Source: a virus
Lineage: Duplodnaviria > Caudoviricetes
DNA: 64,000 nt
Reading direction: 5' to 3' (one strand)
IMG/VR virus record: IMGVR_UViG_3300031853_000013
Location: 27,113-91,112 of that record
In this document: positions 8,239-15,972 of the stretch, piece after piece
Numbering within the stretch: position 1 is the stretch's first letter
How the letters are laid out: each line of letters opens with the position of its first letter
Made by a program: the position numbers and the translations under genes
Notes under the pieces: generated by a model
Told to the model about the DNA's origin: nothing
The model's database searches: none
Seen by the model: only the letters and a program-made list of their open reading frames with translations

Positions 8239-8907
8239 TTAATCGACTCTCTGTACATCAGGGAAATTGATCTGCCATCCGCCTGCTACGTGGATGATAC
8301 CGACATTGGTGAGGTCTCTCCAACCCCAATTGTTGTCAGTAAACCTTGACTGTGGCGCACCCTCATCGAACAGATCATAGAAGTCAGCCACACTTACGTA
8401 TCCGTACTCCTCGACGTAATCGATAAGATATTGAAGAATGTTCTCGGCGTCTCTACGATTTGAGATTCTTACATTCTCGAATCTCCGTCCTACCTTGGAA
8501 TAATCCGTGCGAGAGCCATTACTGCCTCTTACGACGATACCGCCGCTACTGCTTCCGGGTCTTGATAAGCTTCCATAGTCTCGCTTGTTGTTGCCGTAGC
8601 TCGATGCTTTACCAGGCCTTGACTCGCCATACAGAAATCCATCAATAGCCGCCTTGGATGCATTGGCAATACCATCGATGATCGTAGGCATTACGATATC
8701 TACGAATACATAATGCGTTACATCGCCAAAGTTTCTGCCCTGAAAGAACGTGTCCTTGACTTTTGTGAAGATGCTAGGCTTTGATACCTTCGTTCCTTCA
8801 CTAAGTGTTGGCTTTGGAATAATCTTATGATCAGAGGAAACAGCCGTAGCCGCTTCCTCCTTTTTAGTCTGAGAGTTAGATCTTACATCAAGTCCGTCGA
8901 GTTTCAT
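8239..8907 (-). CDS. conserved phage protein ('YGYVSVADFYDL...WGWRDL' domain)
   Basis: motif typical of this group of siphoviruses. Confidence 0.8.
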   Translation of the reverse strand: MKLDGLDVRSNSQTKKEEAATAVSSDHKIIPKPTLSEGTKVSKPSIFTKVKDTFFQGRNFGDVTHYVFVDIVMPTIIDGIANASKAAIDGFLYGESRPGKASSYGNNKRDYGSLSRPGSSSGGIVVRGSNGSRTDYSKVGRRFENVRISNRRDAENILQYLIDYVEEYGYVSVADFYDLFDEGAPQSRFTDNNWGWRDLTNVGIIHVAGGWQINFPDVQRVD

Positions 8908-8921
8908 ATTTAGTTCCTCCT

Positions 8922-9785
8922 TTAATTAATAGTATAGTTGTTACTTTCATAGCAGCATCTCGGCTTTGTATCAAGTATGATCTCAAGACACGGGATCTCA
9001 GTATCAGGAATCTTCGCAGCCGAGAAGTGATACTTAATAAGTTCGCCATTTGCTTCCCAGTAGAAGATGTTACCAACGTCTGTTTCACTAACACCTCTAC
9101 CATGATTTGCGATATTAACTGCCACGGTATTAAAGTCGTACAGCAAATCGTTGAGCATTACCTCTTGGCAGTTATTAATAGCGTGATTAGCTCGGATGAA
9201 GCACTCCTTGACATCTTCAATTCTAGCACTAAAGATCTGTCCTGTCATTGGCGCCATAAATATCGTGTAACTGGTATTGTCTGAAGCAAAGCGCTTAACT
9301 TCATCATCTACCGGAGTGTTCTCAAGCTTCTTTCTTGTTACGGCAGCTTCGATCTCACCAGCCTTCTTCTCTCCGAACTTCTCAATAGTTTTCTTCTGAT
9401 ACTCCTTTAATGACATATCGGCAATCGTGTACGCTGCTGAAAGAGCTGTCTGACGCTTGTCGCTGATGTAGTCCGAGCCGATAACTGCTGCACTTGAGAG
9501 AATAAAAGATACAGCTGTCGGCCAGTATGCGGGCGTCACTGCCTTGAATGTCTCGAATGGTGTAAGCTTAATGCTACTACGTTCTTCCTGTGGAATACCT
9601 TCTTCGTCGGCCTTTAGTGCCTTAGCCTCATCGATCAGAAGATCAGCCTTAGGCTTAGCATTTACTGCAAATATCACAGTAGTGAAGAATCCTGCAATAC
9701 CTGCTGCCGTAAGAAGTTTTGGGGAGTGCTTAACCAGCGTCTTCACTCCACCATGTGTGATCTCAGTGATCTTCGTTGTGTCCAT
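8922..9785 (-). CDS. DUF6353-like membrane-associated phage protein
   Basis: KHSPKLLTAAGIAG N-terminus and ALSAAY...YQKKTIEKFGE segment. Confidence 0.65.
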   Translation of the reverse strand: MDTTKITEITHGGVKTLVKHSPKLLTAAGIAGFFTTVIFAVNAKPKADLLIDEAKALKADEEGIPQEERSSIKLTPFETFKAVTPAYWPTAVSFILSSAAVIGSDYISDKRQTALSAAYTIADMSLKEYQKKTIEKFGEKKAGEIEAAVTRKKLENTPVDDEVKRFASDNTSYTIFMAPMTGQIFSARIEDVKECFIRANHAINNCQEVMLNDLLYDFNTVAVNIANHGRGVSETDVGNIFYWEANGELIKYHFSAAKIPDTEIPCLEIILDTKPRCCYESNNYTIN

Positions 9786-9820
9786 AATAATGGCCCTCCT
9801 TAAAATATAAAAAATTAAAA

Positions 9821-9907
9821 GAGATGATAATGCCCCTGGGAATCGAACCCAGTCTATATAGCCATCTACTATATCGCGTCCCGTCCGCGAATCATTATCA
9901 TCACTCC
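9821..9907 (-). ncRNA. tRNA-like RNA 2 (no CCA, long closing stem)
   Basis: TCGCG-GACGGGA-CGCGA, TATAG-TAGATGG-CTATA, canonical T-arm CTGGG-TTCGATT-CCCAG, closing GATGATAATG/CATTATCATC then U-tract; directly after promoter copy 4. Confidence 0.75.
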
Positions 9908-9932
9908 ATTATGGAAGTTGCTTAGTTTGCGA
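9908..9932 (-). promoter_or_regulatory. phage promoter motif copy 4
   Basis: TCGCA-AACTAAG-CA-ACTTC-CATAAT-GG. Confidence 0.75.
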
Positions 9933-10274
9933 GGTCTCCCAGAATTTACGATCCTTTTCGAACTCCTTGCATACTCGGTCATAAATATCAACCAGAGTTT
10001 CCTCGCTGTTATGAGCATCTCGACCAGCATTATATTGGGCAAGAGCGTCAGTGTACCCAAACTCGAATCCTTTAGACCATGGCACTTTACGAAACTTTGT
10101 TCTCGGAGATTTTACAAACTGCTGGCCTAGCACAACGTCCGAAAACTTATAAGGAAGATATCTACCGTCGAGCGCATGAAATCTCTTGCACGCATGCTGA
10201 TACCCTTTATAGTACCCGTTAATATACGCCTTAAAACGGATCTTATTCATAATGCGTTTGAAAATATCAATCAT
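9909..10274 (-). CDS. hypothetical protein
   Basis: GGAGG SD before MIDIFK; stop codon lies inside promoter copy 4. Confidence 0.65.
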   Translation of the reverse strand: MIDIFKRIMNKIRFKAYINGYYKGYQHACKRFHALDGRYLPYKFSDVVLGQQFVKSPRTKFRKVPWSKGFEFGYTDALAQYNAGRDAHNSEETLVDIYDRVCKEFEKDRKFWETSQTKQLP

Positions 10275-10683
10275 TAGAGTCCTCCGATGTTGGCATACGT
10301 TCAAGAGCATCAAGATCGCGTGTAACAGACTCTATTCGATTGCGATGCACGTATGATGGGTAATCATATACCATGGATTTGTTGTATTTAAGAGCCGTGA
10401 CATATTCAGTCCAGCATCCTTTAGCCTTGAACCAATCACCTGCAAAATATACTATATCTGCGTCAGCCATCTTTTGGATTGACGATCCGAGATACCACAA
10501 GCGATCTGGATTTGCAGGCATATTATCGTGATGAATGGTATCAATAAGAGTGGCAGTTTCGTCTTCCTTTAACTCGCCATTTTCGATGAGATCTTTCTTA
10601 ATATCAGCGAAATACTTATCCATATCAGCTTTGATCTCATCATCTGATCGCCCATTCATGCTCATTGAAATAAAGATTTTCAT
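10267..10683 (-). CDS. DUF4406 / nucleoside deoxyribosyltransferase-like fold protein
   Basis: MKIFISMSMNG...ADIVYFAGDWFKAKGCWTEY. Confidence 0.7.
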   Translation of the reverse strand: MKIFISMSMNGRSDDEIKADMDKYFADIKKDLIENGELKEDETATLIDTIHHDNMPANPDRLWYLGSSIQKMADADIVYFAGDWFKAKGCWTEYVTALKYNKSMVYDYPSYVHRNRIESVTRDLDALERMPTSEDSND

Positions 10684-10723
10684 ATCCTAATTCCTCCTTA
10701 GAAAAATAAAAGAGAAAGGGGCA

Positions 10724-11005
10724 TTACGCCCCAGTCTCCTCTTCGGTTGTTTCGTCCTTCTCGTCGGATTTGTCATCCTCATACGTACTATCCGGCAGTA
10801 ATGCCTCAGTAACATCATGGGCGGTCTGCCCCGCAATGCCCGCCGCACCGACCATAAGTGCAATATAACCAATCGCCTCAATCGGGTTCTTGATTTTGTT
10901 GTCACCTACGATCTTGCAGCCAACTCTGTTTGCAAACATGCCTCCGCCAATCGCACTTACCCCGCTCACCACTGCAAGGATAGTTTCCTTCGTCTTCTTG
11001 TTCAT
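10724..11005 (-). CDS. small two-TM protein with acidic tail
   Basis: AGGAGG SD before MNKKTK; two hydrophobic segments. Confidence 0.7.
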   Translation of the reverse strand: MNKKTKETILAVVSGVSAIGGGMFANRVGCKIVGDNKIKNPIEAIGYIALMVGAAGIAGQTAHDVTEALLPDSTYEDDKSDEKDETTEEETGA

Positions 11006-11046
11006 AACAAAATTCCTCCTAAATATAAATTTGGACATTACATCCT

Positions 11047-11071
11047 ATTATAGACCCTGCGCCGTTTGCGA
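11047..11071 (-). promoter_or_regulatory. phage promoter motif copy 5
   Basis: TCGCA-AACGGCG-CA-GGGTC-TATAAT-AG. Confidence 0.75.
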
Positions 11072-11452
11072 GCTATTGAGTCTTTTAATCTTGCCGTGTT
11101 TATCTAAACGCATGATGAGGCGCAATATTGCGAGAACGTCTTCATCAGTGAGATTATACACAACGTCATTTGTTATCTCAGTATCGTATGTAAGATGACC
11201 CGATGAATCCATAACACCAAGCTCGAATAGATCTCGTCCTTGAACACTTAGATGCCATTTTGACTTAACCACGCTGGCTCCCCATAAATATCCAGGAAAT
11301 GTAATCTTGTATCGAAAGCCACCTTCGTCATGATTGGTTTTAATCACTCCGCCCATATCCTTGATTGTCTGCTTAGTAGATTCAGAAAACGGACTCAGCC
11401 ATACTTTCTCTCGTCTGGTCCACGATTCTACCAAGATAGGTTTCTCTTCCAT
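11048..11452 (-). CDS. hypothetical protein
   Basis: AAGGAG SD before MEEKP. Confidence 0.65.
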   Translation of the reverse strand: MEEKPILVESWTRREKVWLSPFSESTKQTIKDMGGVIKTNHDEGGFRYKITFPGYLWGASVVKSKWHLSVQGRDLFELGVMDSSGHLTYDTEITNDVVYNLTDEDVLAILRLIMRLDKHGKIKRLNSSQTAQGL

Positions 11453-11521
11453 ATCATATACTCCTTTAATTTCGAAAGGCAAAAGGGACCTGTTAAAGTC
11501 CCCTCGCCTCTGACCATAAAT

Positions 11522-11746
11522 TCAATCGTTCTTCCACGGCTGATACTCGTCATACATCTTCTGATACTTGGCTTCCAGCGTTGTCAAATACTTAGTCATT
11601 TTCTCAAGCGCGGACATCTCCTTAGCCGTAAGTGTGCTTTCGACATACTTGCTGTCGAGCATCTTACGAGCTCCATTAGCCGCGTCATGTGAATAATACT
11701 TAGCATCCACAAGTGCTTTCTTCTCCAGTTCATTTAACTTTTTCAT
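11522..11746 (-). CDS. cassette ORF, hypothetical
   Basis: AGGAGG SD, promoter 6 upstream. Confidence 0.75.
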   Translation of the reverse strand: MKKLNELEKKALVDAKYYSHDAANGARKMLDSKYVESTLTAKEMSALEKMTKYLTTLEAKYQKMYDEYQPWKND

Positions 11747-11790
11747 AACAAATTCCTCCTATAGAATATAAAGTTTGAACTTATCGTTCT

Positions 11791-11815
11791 ATTATGAGGG
11801 CTGTCTATTTTGCGA
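11791..11815 (-). promoter_or_regulatory. phage promoter motif copy 6
   Basis: TCGCA-AAATAGA-CA-GCCCT-CATAAT-AG. Confidence 0.75.
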
Positions 11816-11816
11816 G

Positions 11817-11844
11817 AAAAAGAGAGCGACATTGAGCCGCCCTC
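11817..11844 (-). terminator. intrinsic terminator abutting promoter 6
   Basis: GAGGGCGGC-TCAAT-GTCGCTCTC-TTTTT. Confidence 0.75.
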
Positions 11845-11851
11845 GAACTGC

Positions 11852-12301
11852 TTACCAGGTATCCCTGAGGCAGACACTGTCCTTGTAAATTTCCGTTCCA
11901 ATATAGGCCTTATCAAACGGTTCTTCACCGTTGATACCTGCCATAATATTGACAACGATATCTTTATCAGCACAAATGTCTCTGATTTCCTCAAGCTTAC
12001 CCATAATGGCAGCCTCGGTCTGATCAATATCGATCTCCTTTCTCAGCATTTCTGCAATTTCCTGATCGTCTACATTCAGCGTGTTCGGTCCAGCTACCTT
12101 TTCGCCGCCTGTGATAACTCCGCCAAGATTACCGAACTCATCGTCGACCGAAGAGCACGCCTTCTTAAAGAATACAAATCCGCCAACAGCTACTGCTGCG
12201 CCGATTGCTCCTTTAACAATCGTACCCTTGTGGTCGTGCCAGAATGATTCGGTTTTAACCTTAACCTCATTCACACGCTCCTTAAAAGTCTTCTTTTCCA
12301 T
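11852..12301 (-). CDS. cassette ORF, single-TM protein; paralog of 12877..13329
   Basis: KKTFKER...GAIGAAVAVGGFVFFKKA. Confidence 0.75.
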   Translation of the reverse strand: MEKKTFKERVNEVKVKTESFWHDHKGTIVKGAIGAAVAVGGFVFFKKACSSVDDEFGNLGGVITGGEKVAGPNTLNVDDQEIAEMLRKEIDIDQTEAAIMGKLEEIRDICADKDIVVNIMAGINGEEPFDKAYIGTEIYKDSVCLRDTW

Positions 12302-12351
12302 AATAATTACCTCCTATAAATATGAATTTCAGGATAGCTTTAATGCTACCT

Positions 12352-12376
12352 ATAAAGAGACCTGTCTAGATTGCGA
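12352..12376 (-). promoter_or_regulatory. phage promoter motif copy 7
   Basis: TCGCA-ATCTAGA-CA-GGTCT-CTTTAT-AG. Confidence 0.7.
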
Positions 12377-12423
12377 AAGACTAAAGAGGCCTGTATAGAC
12401 CCCTTTAAGTCGTCTGCGGTTTA

Positions 12424-12801
12424 TTACTTCAGGATCCGCATATCCCGCAAGATGTCCTCTGTGTATTCGCCAGCACGCTTACGCTGAACAAGTTCGGTTC
12501 TCTCAGCATTCGTCATGTTCCGCTTGAGCTCCCAATGAAGCCCGGTGGCTGGATCATAGTAGCATTTATCCATGCGATCTTCGTGTCTGTCTTGTGCACT
12601 ACCGCGTACGAGTTTAATTAATTTTACCGTACCAGTAGCCGCTCCAATAACGACAGGAAGAGCTCGAACAATCTCGCCACTATGATCAGCCGTCCATCTG
12701 AGAGCCTCATTAGCTCTATTGCTTACCGCGGTTTTGATCTCTGAGATTTTGTCTCGAATCTTATCCTTTGTACTGCGTGTGTCGTTTACAATAATTTCCA
12801 T
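12424..12801 (-). CDS. cassette ORF, hypothetical
   Basis: AAAGGAGG SD; YYDPATGLHWELKR motif. Confidence 0.75.
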   Translation of the reverse strand: MEIIVNDTRSTKDKIRDKISEIKTAVSNRANEALRWTADHSGEIVRALPVVIGAATGTVKLIKLVRGSAQDRHEDRMDKCYYDPATGLHWELKRNMTNAERTELVQRKRAGEYTEDILRDMRILK

Positions 12802-12819
12802 TTACGACACCTCCTTTCT

Positions 12820-12844
12820 ATTATAGAACCTGTCTAATTTACGA
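12820..12844 (-). promoter_or_regulatory. phage promoter motif copy 8 (TCGTA variant)
   Basis: TCGTA-AATTAGA-CA-GGTTC-TATAAT-AG. Confidence 0.7.
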
Positions 12845-12876
12845 GAAAAAGAAAGGGGACTTGTGCCCCTCTCTGA

Positions 12877-13329
12877 TCAAATATCACGATCAATACAATA
12901 TCCACTGTGCGTGTAATGTTCCAGATCGAAATACTCGGGATAATCACTGGATCCTCCCAGCATTGCTCCCAGAGAAATTTCGACTCCTTTATCCTTACAC
13001 GTTTCGTGAAGTGTCTGCATCTGATCGATAATCCGATCGTCCAGTTCTACAAGTCCTTTCTCTTCCCAAACCTTATCAGTCAGGAGTTCAATCTTGTCAG
13101 CCTTAGTGCCGCTCAAAGTATCAGGGTCGATCTTCGTGAGTTCCTTTAAATCACTCAGTCCTCGCTCCTGGATACTAGCTACCATGCCGTCTCCCGCCTT
13201 CTTCAAAGCAAAGATACCAGCAATACCAGCTCCAACGATAAGAGCTCCAGTGATAACCTGCTCATCATAATCGTCCCACCATTCCTTAAGTCTTTCCTTG
13301 AACGGCTTCTTTTCCTTAGCATTTTTCAT
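12877..13329 (-). CDS. cassette ORF, single-TM protein; paralog of 11852..12301
   Basis: start moved to MKNAKE after AAAGGA; KKPFKER...GALIVGAGIAGIFALKKA. Confidence 0.75.
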   Translation of the reverse strand: MKNAKEKKPFKERLKEWWDDYDEQVITGALIVGAGIAGIFALKKAGDGMVASIQERGLSDLKELTKIDPDTLSGTKADKIELLTDKVWEEKGLVELDDRIIDQMQTLHETCKDKGVEISLGAMLGGSSDYPEYFDLEHYTHSGYCIDRDI

Positions 13330-13362
13330 AAATATCATTCCTTTCCGAACCGTTTTTGGTTC

Positions 13363-13387
13363 ATTAAGTGAGTTGTCTAAATTGCGA
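13363..13387 (-). promoter_or_regulatory. phage promoter motif copy 9
   Basis: TCGCA-ATTTAGA-CA-ACTCA-CTTAAT-GA. Confidence 0.7.
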
Positions 13388-13423
13388 AAAAAAAAAACAA
13401 GGAGGAAGCTGTTACACTTCCTC
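13388..13423 (-). terminator. 'EEV-stop' terminator, copy 1 of 3 (others 14817..14848, 15669..15700)
   Basis: GAGGAAG-TGTAACAG-CTTCCTC-CTTGTTTTT. Confidence 0.75.
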
Positions 13424-13636
13424 GTTCTCGTAAAACCGCTGTTGTCTGGCAGCCTCTTCAAGTGCCTGTGATAAGTGGTCATACTCTTTGTAATCATGTC
13501 TCTCTGTGCACGGTCCTTCTTCTCGAATCGTGAAGAGATGATACTCAACAAAGTAGCCTTCCTGCCTATCAATCTTAACCTTGAAGAATCTACCATCGAT
13601 CTTAACCTCGTATTTTACAATATTCGTAATAGTCAT
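13412..13636 (-). CDS. cassette ORF, hypothetical (ends EEV)
   Basis: AAAGGAGG SD, promoter 10. Confidence 0.75.
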   Translation of the reverse strand: MTITNIVKYEVKIDGRFFKVKIDRQEGYFVEYHLFTIREEGPCTERHDYKEYDHLSQALEEAARQQRFYENEEV

Positions 13637-13683
13637 AATTTTCCTCCTTTAATTTCGGGGATCAGCCCTTTGCTTCTCCCTCT

Positions 13684-13708
13684 ATTAAGAGGATTGAAAA
13701 TCATGCGA
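13684..13708 (-). promoter_or_regulatory. phage promoter motif copy 10 (identical to copies 14 and 16)
   Basis: TCGCA-TGATTTT-CA-ATCCT-CTTAAT-AG. Confidence 0.75.
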
Positions 13709-13793
13709 GAGCAGAGTTTTGGAGTAACAAGTAGCATGCAAGAACGGCAAAAAACTAAAGAGACCTGTATAGATCCCTTTAGCTCATCAATAC

Positions 13794-13871
13794 TTACTTG
13801 CTATCCTTATTTCTCATGATGATTGAAACCAGGATAAGACATACTGCCACTATCAGGAGCATTTCACTCAT
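13794..13871 (-). CDS. 25-aa hydrophobic peptide (not in ORF track)
   Basis: MSEMLLIVAVCLILVSIIMRNKDSK; AGGAGG SD, ATGA overlap. Confidence 0.55.
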   Translation of the reverse strand: MSEMLLIVAVCLILVSIIMRNKDSK

Positions 13872-14017
13872 TTATTACCATCCTCCTTTCTGCGCTTCTC
13901 AGGCTTAGCTATAACTGCAATGATCAGTGAGATTACATCACGTATAATCGACACTGAGCCTACAATTATCAATGCTAGAAGCACTGCAAGCACAATCAGT
14001 ATTGTTTGAATAATCAT
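13868..14017 (-). CDS. 49-aa hydrophobic peptide (not in ORF track)
   Basis: MIIQTILIVLAVLLALIIVGSVSIIRDVISLIIAVIAKPEKRRKEDGNK; AAAGGAG SD, promoter 11. Confidence 0.6.
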   Translation of the reverse strand: MIIQTILIVLAVLLALIIVGSVSIIRDVISLIIAVIAKPEKRRKEDGNK

Positions 14018-14054
14018 AAGCTTACTCTCCTTTCTAGTAGTCAATAAGACTCCT

Positions 14055-14079
14055 ATAAAGAGAGCTGTCTAGATTGCGA
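14055..14079 (-). promoter_or_regulatory. phage promoter motif copy 11
   Basis: TCGCA-ATCTAGA-CA-GCTCT-CTTTAT-AG. Confidence 0.7.
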
Positions 14080-14113
14080 AAAAAAGAGAGGCGAGTTGCC
14101 ACTCCTGCAAATA

Positions 14114-14419
14114 TCAATCGACATACGTAAATCTAGTTGTCAGAATAAAGCCGGTCTTCAAGTCGTAATCATACTCAGTCTGCGTACAATTGCTCGGAGA
14201 TACGACAATAAACGTCTGAACTTCTTCAACGCTGTCGGGATCTTCCCAGTGGCCCTCGCCATACTTATTCGATATTTCCTCCTTCATGTCTATAATGCCT
14301 TGCTCATACCATTTAAGTTCTCTTGTCTCGGTGATTTGTTCTGCGTGACTAGTTGTGTTTCCACATCCTGTACATATAATAGCACATATCACCATAATCA
14401 TAACAAAAGTCTTTTTCAT
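14114..14419 (-). CDS. cassette ORF, putative lipoprotein
   Basis: MKK + hydrophobic stretch + lipobox-like CTGC. Confidence 0.65.
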   Translation of the reverse strand: MKKTFVMIMVICAIICTGCGNTTSHAEQITETRELKWYEQGIIDMKEEISNKYGEGHWEDPDSVEEVQTFIVVSPSNCTQTEYDYDLKTGFILTTRFTYVD

Positions 14420-14460
14420 AATGATCGCTCCTTTAATTATAGTAAGGCGTAATACCTTCT

Positions 14461-14485
14461 ATTAAGAGGATTGAACCATTTGCGA
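14461..14485 (-). promoter_or_regulatory. phage promoter motif copy 12
   Basis: TCGCA-AATGGTT-CA-ATCCT-CTTAAT-AG. Confidence 0.75.
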
Positions 14486-14527
14486 AAAAAGAAAGGGGCG
14501 TGTTTAGTTTACGCCCCTTTAATAACA

Positions 14528-14749
14528 TCAGTCCTCCTTTTTCGGCTCACCTGCCGGATGCATGATACCGATCTCCCTCTCTTCCTTAGCGTAGAAAAGC
14601 TCAAATTCGTTGATGTACTCCCTCACGTCTCTATCACTGAGCCACACACTTGTGTCAGTGCTGAAACGCTTTTTGTACGCCTCCTTTACAGCCTCTTCAA
14701 ACGCCTTGTCGAGAGCGTTCAGTCTCATTTCTTTTACATGCATATCCAT
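14528..14749 (-). CDS. cassette ORF, hypothetical
   Basis: GGAGG SD, promoter 13, terminator hairpin at ~14492..14520. Confidence 0.75.
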   Translation of the reverse strand: MDMHVKEMRLNALDKAFEEAVKEAYKKRFSTDTSVWLSDRDVREYINEFELFYAKEEREIGIMHPAGEPKKED

Positions 14750-14791
14750 TTAGCATACCTCCAATAAAATATAATTTGGACTTGGTGTCCT

Positions 14792-14816
14792 ATAATAGGA
14801 ATTGACCAGTTTGCGA
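14792..14816 (-). promoter_or_regulatory. phage promoter motif copy 13
   Basis: TCGCA-AACTGGT-CA-ATTCC-TATTAT-AG. Confidence 0.7.
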
Positions 14817-14836
14817 GAAAAACAAGGAGGAAGCTG

Positions 14837-15055
14837 TTACACTTCCTCGATTTGTACTTGGCAGAGATCAATAAGCCTCTTATCCAAGGTTCGGGTTTTT
14901 GCATCAAATTCTTCTCTGGTTAACTCACCACTCAAATACTGGATCCTCCAGTCGTTGAGTAGATCAGCTATCCGATCTATTAATTGATTATTAGCCTTCA
15001 CCTGCATCGGTCTTACAATCGTCTCTACATATTCCTTCTTAGTCATTATAATCAT
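14837..15055 (-). CDS. cassette ORF; paralog of 15689..15898 (ends EEV)
   Basis: VKANNQLIDRIADLLND. Confidence 0.75.
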   Translation of the reverse strand: MIIMTKKEYVETIVRPMQVKANNQLIDRIADLLNDWRIQYLSGELTREEFDAKTRTLDKRLIDLCQVQIEEV

Positions 15056-15099
15056 TTCCTCCTTTAGTTTGGGGAGTATAGCCCTTTGCTTCTCCCTCT

Positions 15100-15124
15100 A
15101 TTAAGAGGATTGAAAATCATGCGA
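15100..15124 (-). promoter_or_regulatory. phage promoter motif copy 14
   Basis: identical to copy 10. Confidence 0.75.
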
Positions 15125-15253
15125 GGAGCGGAGTTTTGGTGTAGCCAGTAGCATGCGAGAGAAGAGTTTTTGGTACGACCAGTGTTATGCGATAGGGCAA
15201 AAAAGAAAGAGACCTGAAGCCTTTACGACCCCAGGTTCTTCCTTTAGCGTGTC

Positions 15254-15628
15254 TTACTTGTCCGTCTTAAAGAAGTCGCGAACATCAGTGACCCTGTTCT
15301 TGAACCACTTCGGTACGACCTGATCTTGGTCATATACCATCATCAGGAACGTCGACCCGAGTCCAGCTAAAATAGTGGATCCGCCAGCAATTACAGCATT
15401 AGGATCAACTTTCTTCCGCTGGGGTACAGTCTGTGCTACATTTGCACGCTGTTCCGCCAAAACAGTAAGATTGTCAATCGCCCTGCTATATTCGCAAGAC
15501 TGACTCCCTTTCTCAGCCAGAATCTTCGCAGCGTCCTGCTGGGCAACCGCGATCTGTTCGTCCAGTACTTCAAGTACCGTCTTGGGTTTCTGTGTTTTAG
15601 TCTTCTTTTTGAACATTTTCTTGTTCAT
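15254..15628 (-). CDS. cassette ORF, hypothetical with C-terminal hydrophobic helix
   Basis: GAGGAGG SD 8 nt before MNKK. Confidence 0.7.
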   Translation of the reverse strand: MNKKMFKKKTKTQKPKTVLEVLDEQIAVAQQDAAKILAEKGSQSCEYSRAIDNLTVLAEQRANVAQTVPQRKKVDPNAVIAGGSTILAGLGSTFLMMVYDQDQVVPKWFKNRVTDVRDFFKTDK

Positions 15629-15643
15629 ATAAAACACCTCCTC

Positions 15644-15668
15644 ATTATAGTCCCTGTCCCGTTTGCGA
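15644..15668 (-). promoter_or_regulatory. phage promoter motif copy 15
   Basis: TCGCA-AACGGGA-CA-GGGAC-TATAAT followed immediately by the GAGGAGG SD. Confidence 0.75.
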
Positions 15669-15688
15669 GAAAAACAAGGAGGAAGCTG

Positions 15689-15898
15689 TTACACTTCCTC
15701 AGTTTCTACGTTCCACAATTCAGCGATCCGATCTTTAGTCATCTGCCACTTCTCTTCGAATTCCTTTCGTGATATCTTTCCGCTTATATATTCAATGCGA
15801 ATATCGTTAAGCAGGTCAGCTATACGATTAACTATCTGATCGTTAGCCTTGACAATCATCTGTCTACCGAATCTGTCGTCAAACTCTTTCATAGTCAT
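15689..15898 (-). CDS. cassette ORF; paralog of 14837..15055 (ends EEV)
   Basis: VKANDQIVNRIADLLND. Confidence 0.75.
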   Translation of the reverse strand: MTMKEFDDRFGRQMIVKANDQIVNRIADLLNDIRIEYISGKISRKEFEEKWQMTKDRIAELWNVETEEV

Positions 15899-15947
15899 AA
15901 TAATTCCTCCTTTGTTTTGTGGGGATCAGCCCTTTGCTTCTCCCTCT

Positions 15948-15972
15948 ATTAAGAGGATTGAAAATCATGCGA
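15948..15972 (-). promoter_or_regulatory. phage promoter motif copy 16
   Basis: identical to copy 10. Confidence 0.75.

Noticed and set aside
6252-9907. Calling the tRNA-like elements canonical tRNA-Ile genes (central triplets TAT and GAT)
   Set aside because: No U33, no canonical 7-bp acceptor/discriminator, and abnormal arm lengths; the Ile coincidence may be chance.
12877-13596. ORF-track long starts (also 2785, 4254, 11038, 19414, 41711, 42499, 55660)
   Set aside because: The extensions cross promoters, terminators or other genes; downstream starts with SD or translational coupling were chosen instead.
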